DNA of 64,000 bases from Candidatus Marinacidobacterales bacterium (GTDB taxonomy: Bacteria; Acidobacteriota; Vicinamibacteria; Marinacidobacterales; DATDRI01): positions 6,144,001 to 6,208,000 of the forward strand of contig OZ245365.1 in the NCBI GenBank assembly GCA_965226495.1. Reading direction: 5' to 3'. This document shows, one piece after another, positions 61,037 to 64,000 of this stretch. Both the position numbers and the translations under genes were made by a program. The notes under the pieces are model-generated. The model searched no databases, was not told the origin of the DNA, and saw nothing but the letters and a program-made list of their open reading frames with translations. Positions within the stretch are counted from its first letter, which is position 1. Each line of letters begins with the position of its first letter.

Positions 61037-61855
61037 ATGCCCAATGCGCTTATCTTTAGCTTCCCCCTGGTGGCCGCGCTCTTAGCGACGTCCCCCGACC
61101 AGCAACCCTTTGGGCTCCCTCTCGAAGGAGAAGAGGCGGAACGATTTCTCGCGAACGCCCGAGTTGTCCGTATGAAGCCGGTGGGGGTTGGGATCACCAA
61201 TCCCTATAAGGTGTACCTGACGGACGGAAACCGGACGATCAAGGCCATCTGGAAGACCGTGGACGAGCTCCGCCAGGAGGTCTCGCGGTCCGAGAAGGGG
61301 AGCTTTCAACTCGGATTTCGCGACTCCTACAAATACGAGATCGCCGCGTACGAGCTGGACAAGCTTCTCGGTCTTGCTCTCGTACCGCCCACTGTGGAAC
61401 GGACCATCGACAACAAGACCGGTTCTCTTCAGCTCTGGGTGGAAGGGGCCTTCACCGAGTACGAGCGGAGAAAGCAGAAGCTGCTTCCCAAAGACGGTGG
61501 GCGGTGGGGAGCCGAGATGTACAAGGTGAACCTTCTGAACCAGCTCACCTACAACACGGATACGAAAAACGCACTCAACATCCTCTTCGATCCAGATTTT
61601 CGCGTCTACGCCATCGACAACTCCCGGAGCTTCCCTCTCTATAAGGAGCTTCCCGCAGCCAAGGAGCTCCGCCGGTTCTCACGCTCGGTCATCGGTAGGC
61701 TTCGGGAGCTGGATCGAGAGAAGGCTGAAGGTCATCTCGGGAGCTGGCTCCACGACAGCGAGATATCCGCCCTCCTGAAGAGGTGCGACCTAGTTTTGGA
61801 GCACGCCGATCGTTTGCTCGCGGAGCAGGGAGAGGCGGTGGTTCTCTACGAGTGA
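61037..61855 (+). CDS. Exported atypical kinase-fold (PI3/4-kinase-like/FAM20-like) hypothetical protein
   Basis: Signal peptide; AIWK, EIAAYELDKLLGL..VPPTVER, GSLQLW, YNTD...NIL, AIDNSRSF. Confidence 0.6.
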   Translation: MPNALIFSFPLVAALLATSPDQQPFGLPLEGEEAERFLANARVVRMKPVGVGITNPYKVYLTDGNRTIKAIWKTVDELRQEVSRSEKGSFQLGFRDSYKYEIAAYELDKLLGLALVPPTVERTIDNKTGSLQLWVEGAFTEYERRKQKLLPKDGGRWGAEMYKVNLLNQLTYNTDTKNALNILFDPDFRVYAIDNSRSFPLYKELPAAKELRRFSRSVIGRLRELDREKAEGHLGSWLHDSEISALLKRCDLVLEHADRLLAEQGEAVVLYE

Positions 61856-61862
61856 GGCCGTT

Positions 61863-62780
61863 CTATTTTCCTAGCTGGTCGAGTACCGCTTGGGCCTGCT
61901 GCGCCGCCTCACTATCCGGCGCGACCTCGATGACCTTCCTCAACTGCACGGCCGCATCGTCTAACTTCCCGAGGTTCAGGTAGGCGTACCCGGTCTTCAG
62001 ATAGGGTTCCATCCAATCAGGTTTGATTGCGGCGGCCTTCTGGTAAAAGTCGATCGCCTTTTCTATTTGCCCGTTGTTGAAGCAAAGCTCTCCCACGTTG
62101 AAAGGGAGCGTTTCATCGTCCGGACTTGATTCTATCGCCAGCTCGAAATAAGGGACAGCTTCATCGAACTTCTCTTGTTTGACTAGAACGTCGCCGATGT
62201 TCACCGTAGCGATGCCGTGCGTTGGGTCTTCGTCCAGCACCAGTTGATACTCGGCCAAGGCTTCTTCTAGCTTACCTTGACGCTTGTACACGTTGCCGAC
62301 GTTGGCGTGGATTTGATAGAGGCCAGGGTCTTCTTCGATGATCTCGAGATACTTCACTAATGCCTGGTCGTAGTTTTCCTGACGATAGAGCTCGTTGGCC
62401 TCGGTCAGGAGATCGCGAGCGCCGTCGCTACGAGCGGCACCCTTCCGCATCTTCTCCAACTTGATCTCGATGGGTGGGTTCTTGGATATGCCTTTGATCG
62501 AAAGCGTGTCGGCTTGTGGCACATACCCTTCGGCGGTCACGGTGAACGTCCAGCCTCCGCCTCGGAAACCCATCATGGCGAACTCACCGTCTTCATCGGT
62601 GGTGGCTTCGATTTCATGTCCACTGCCTTCGGTGGTGGCCACGATGTGAGCGTCGGGTATCGGATTGCCATCTAGGTCCGCGACGATGCCAGTGACCCGG
62701 CCGGTACCCATTTGCAGGGCTTCGCTGGTCCCGACGAACGCCAAGCCAAGACACGCTAGGAGGAGAATACGTTTCTTCAT
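61863..62780 (-). CDS. Exported carboxypeptidase-regulatory-like domain + TPR protein
   Basis: Signal peptide, GRVTGIVAD..GNPI..A, TTDEDGEF; several TPRs. Confidence 0.85.
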   Translation of the reverse strand: MKKRILLLACLGLAFVGTSEALQMGTGRVTGIVADLDGNPIPDAHIVATTEGSGHEIEATTDEDGEFAMMGFRGGGWTFTVTAEGYVPQADTLSIKGISKNPPIEIKLEKMRKGAARSDGARDLLTEANELYRQENYDQALVKYLEIIEEDPGLYQIHANVGNVYKRQGKLEEALAEYQLVLDEDPTHGIATVNIGDVLVKQEKFDEAVPYFELAIESSPDDETLPFNVGELCFNNGQIEKAIDFYQKAAAIKPDWMEPYLKTGYAYLNLGKLDDAAVQLRKVIEVAPDSEAAQQAQAVLDQLGK

Positions 62781-62883
62781 CTTGTCATCCCTCGATATTT
62801 CCTGGTCCGGCCCGATTATAGACCACCCGGTCCCTTAAGGCCATATCCGGTAGTGGGAGGGAGGGGCGACGGGCCCGAAGATC

Positions 62884-62913
62884 TTGACAGGTCAGCACTT
62901 GCCGTGATACGGT
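62884..62913 (+). promoter_or_regulatory. Possible sigma70 promoter for DUF4388 gene 2
   Basis: TTGACA-N18-TACGGT. Confidence 0.4.
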
Positions 62914-62978
62914 CCTCCGGCGAGAAATCGGCCCCAGCCTAACCAAGGCCGCAACAAACCCGAGAGCAATATCCGCGA

Positions 62979-63533
62979 ATGGATTTTCAGGGTTCCTTGA
63001 CCGAGTTCCAGCTGCCGGACATCGTCCAGTTCCTCAGTGGTGCCCGCAAGACCGGGGTCCTTAGGCTGGTGGAGGGCGAAGAGATCGGTGAGATTTACCT
63101 CGACAAGGGGCGCATCGTTCACGCTCTACTTGGAGACCATGCGGGTGAGGAAGCAGTCTATGCCGTGGTTCTCTGGAGCAGTGGCGAGTTCCTGTTCGAG
63201 CCGGGCGTCACGACCGACAAGAACACTGTCAACAAGGGCAACACCAACCTGTTGATCGAAGCCGCCCGCCGGCGAGACGAATGGGCGGTGATCTCCAAGC
63301 AGATTCCGTCCGTGTACTGGATTCCCGAGTTCGTCGTACCGGACGAGAACGAAACAGGAGGACAGATCAACCTGAACACCAGCGAGTGGATTCTCCTTTC
63401 CAAGATCGACGGAAAGCGCAGCTTGAAGGCGATAGCGGACGCGGCGGATCTCTCGATCTTCCACACCGGCCGCCTACTTTACGGCCTCGTCTCTACCAAG
63501 CTAATTCGCCTCCGTAAGCCCGAAGAAGCCTGA
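62979..63533 (+). CDS. DUF4388 (PATAN-like) protein with C-terminal winged-helix-like region
   Basis: FQGSLTEFQLPDIVQFL..ARKTGVL, IYLDKGRIVHA, GEEA, WSSGEF, LLIEAARRRDEW. Confidence 0.85.
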   Translation: MDFQGSLTEFQLPDIVQFLSGARKTGVLRLVEGEEIGEIYLDKGRIVHALLGDHAGEEAVYAVVLWSSGEFLFEPGVTTDKNTVNKGNTNLLIEAARRRDEWAVISKQIPSVYWIPEFVVPDENETGGQINLNTSEWILLSKIDGKRSLKAIADAADLSIFHTGRLLYGLVSTKLIRLRKPEEA

Positions 63534-63599
63534 GTCGGTGGTGCGGCAAGGCCATCTTAGTCAGGATCTCTTGCGCCTCACGACTCAAGGCGATCGAGC

Positions 63600-64000
63600 G
63601 GAGCCTTCAGCGCGACGCCTGGGGTGGGGCCCCAGGCGACTGATTGCCGAGCCTTCAGCCCGCGCAGTCGCCGCCGGCCGCAGCGAAGTTTGCCGAGCGG
63701 AGGCCCGGCGCCGAACGAAGAGTGAGGACCCGACAGACGGATGCCGACGGAGCGCGACGCCTGGGGGTGGGGCCCCAGGCGACTGATTGCCGAGCCTTCA
63801 GCCCGCGCGCAGTCGCCGCCGGCCGCAGCGAAGTTTGCCGAGCGGAGGCCCGGCGCCGAACGAAGAGTGAGGACCCGACAGACGGATGCCGACGGAGCGC
63901 GACGCCTGGGGGTGGGGCCCCAGGCGACTGATTGCCGAGCCTTCAGCCCGCGCGCAGTCGCCGCCGGCCGCAGCGAAGTTTGCCGAGCGGAGGCCCGGCG
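63600..64000. repeat. Tandem array of ~142-146 bp GC-rich units, running off the window edge
   Basis: Units start at 63610, 63752 and 63897 (GCGCGACGCCTGGGG...). Near-identical, differing mainly in G/C run and CG-dinucleotide counts. Each has a CGCCTGGGG/CCCCAGGCG hairpin. Confidence 0.93.

Noticed and set aside
63600-64000. Possible CRISPR array, or coding ORFs 63538-63786 and 63644-63931
   Set aside because: Whole units repeat with no unique spacers and no cas genes are present. The ORFs are translations of the repeat and unit lengths do not preserve frame.

Overview
A GC-rich bacterial chromosomal window, most likely Acidobacteriota (Vicinamibacteria-like). This is inferred from the ADOP-type ABC permease, the GWxTD protein, two DUF4388 proteins and the carboxypeptidase-regulatory-domain proteins. 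It is mostly housekeeping, envelope and signalling content; I saw no integrase, transposase, phage gene or CRISPR array. Main content: (1) a compact DNA-repair locus, nurA-xth-herA-alkA-sixA-(CBS, opposite strand)-sbcD-sbcC-methyltransferase, combining the four-part HerA/NurA/Mre11/Rad50-type resection set with two base-excision enzymes; a polX-PHP gene lies ~30 kb further on; (2) c-di-GMP-related genes: a DUF4388 protein with an embedded tandem MshEN-like motif directly upstream of a degenerate-GGDEF/EAL gene, and a close paralog of that EAL gene behind a sigma54-type promoter; (3) two RND systems, a four-gene ABC cluster, glnA, eno, plsC, a CarD-family gene with a basic tail, tRNA-Leu(CAA) and an orphan PilW-like pilin; (4) a sigma54-driven PDZ/GAF/PAS kinase plus NtrC-family regulator pair; (5) a secreted kinase-fold protein; (6) three families of intergenic repeats, including a ~145-bp tandem array at the right edge. 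Several single-base frameshifts in short runs and two deletion-like junctions (~30935, ~38940) suggest long-read consensus errors, so the disrupted genes may be intact in the organism. All calls are from motif recognition by eye; no database searches were run.
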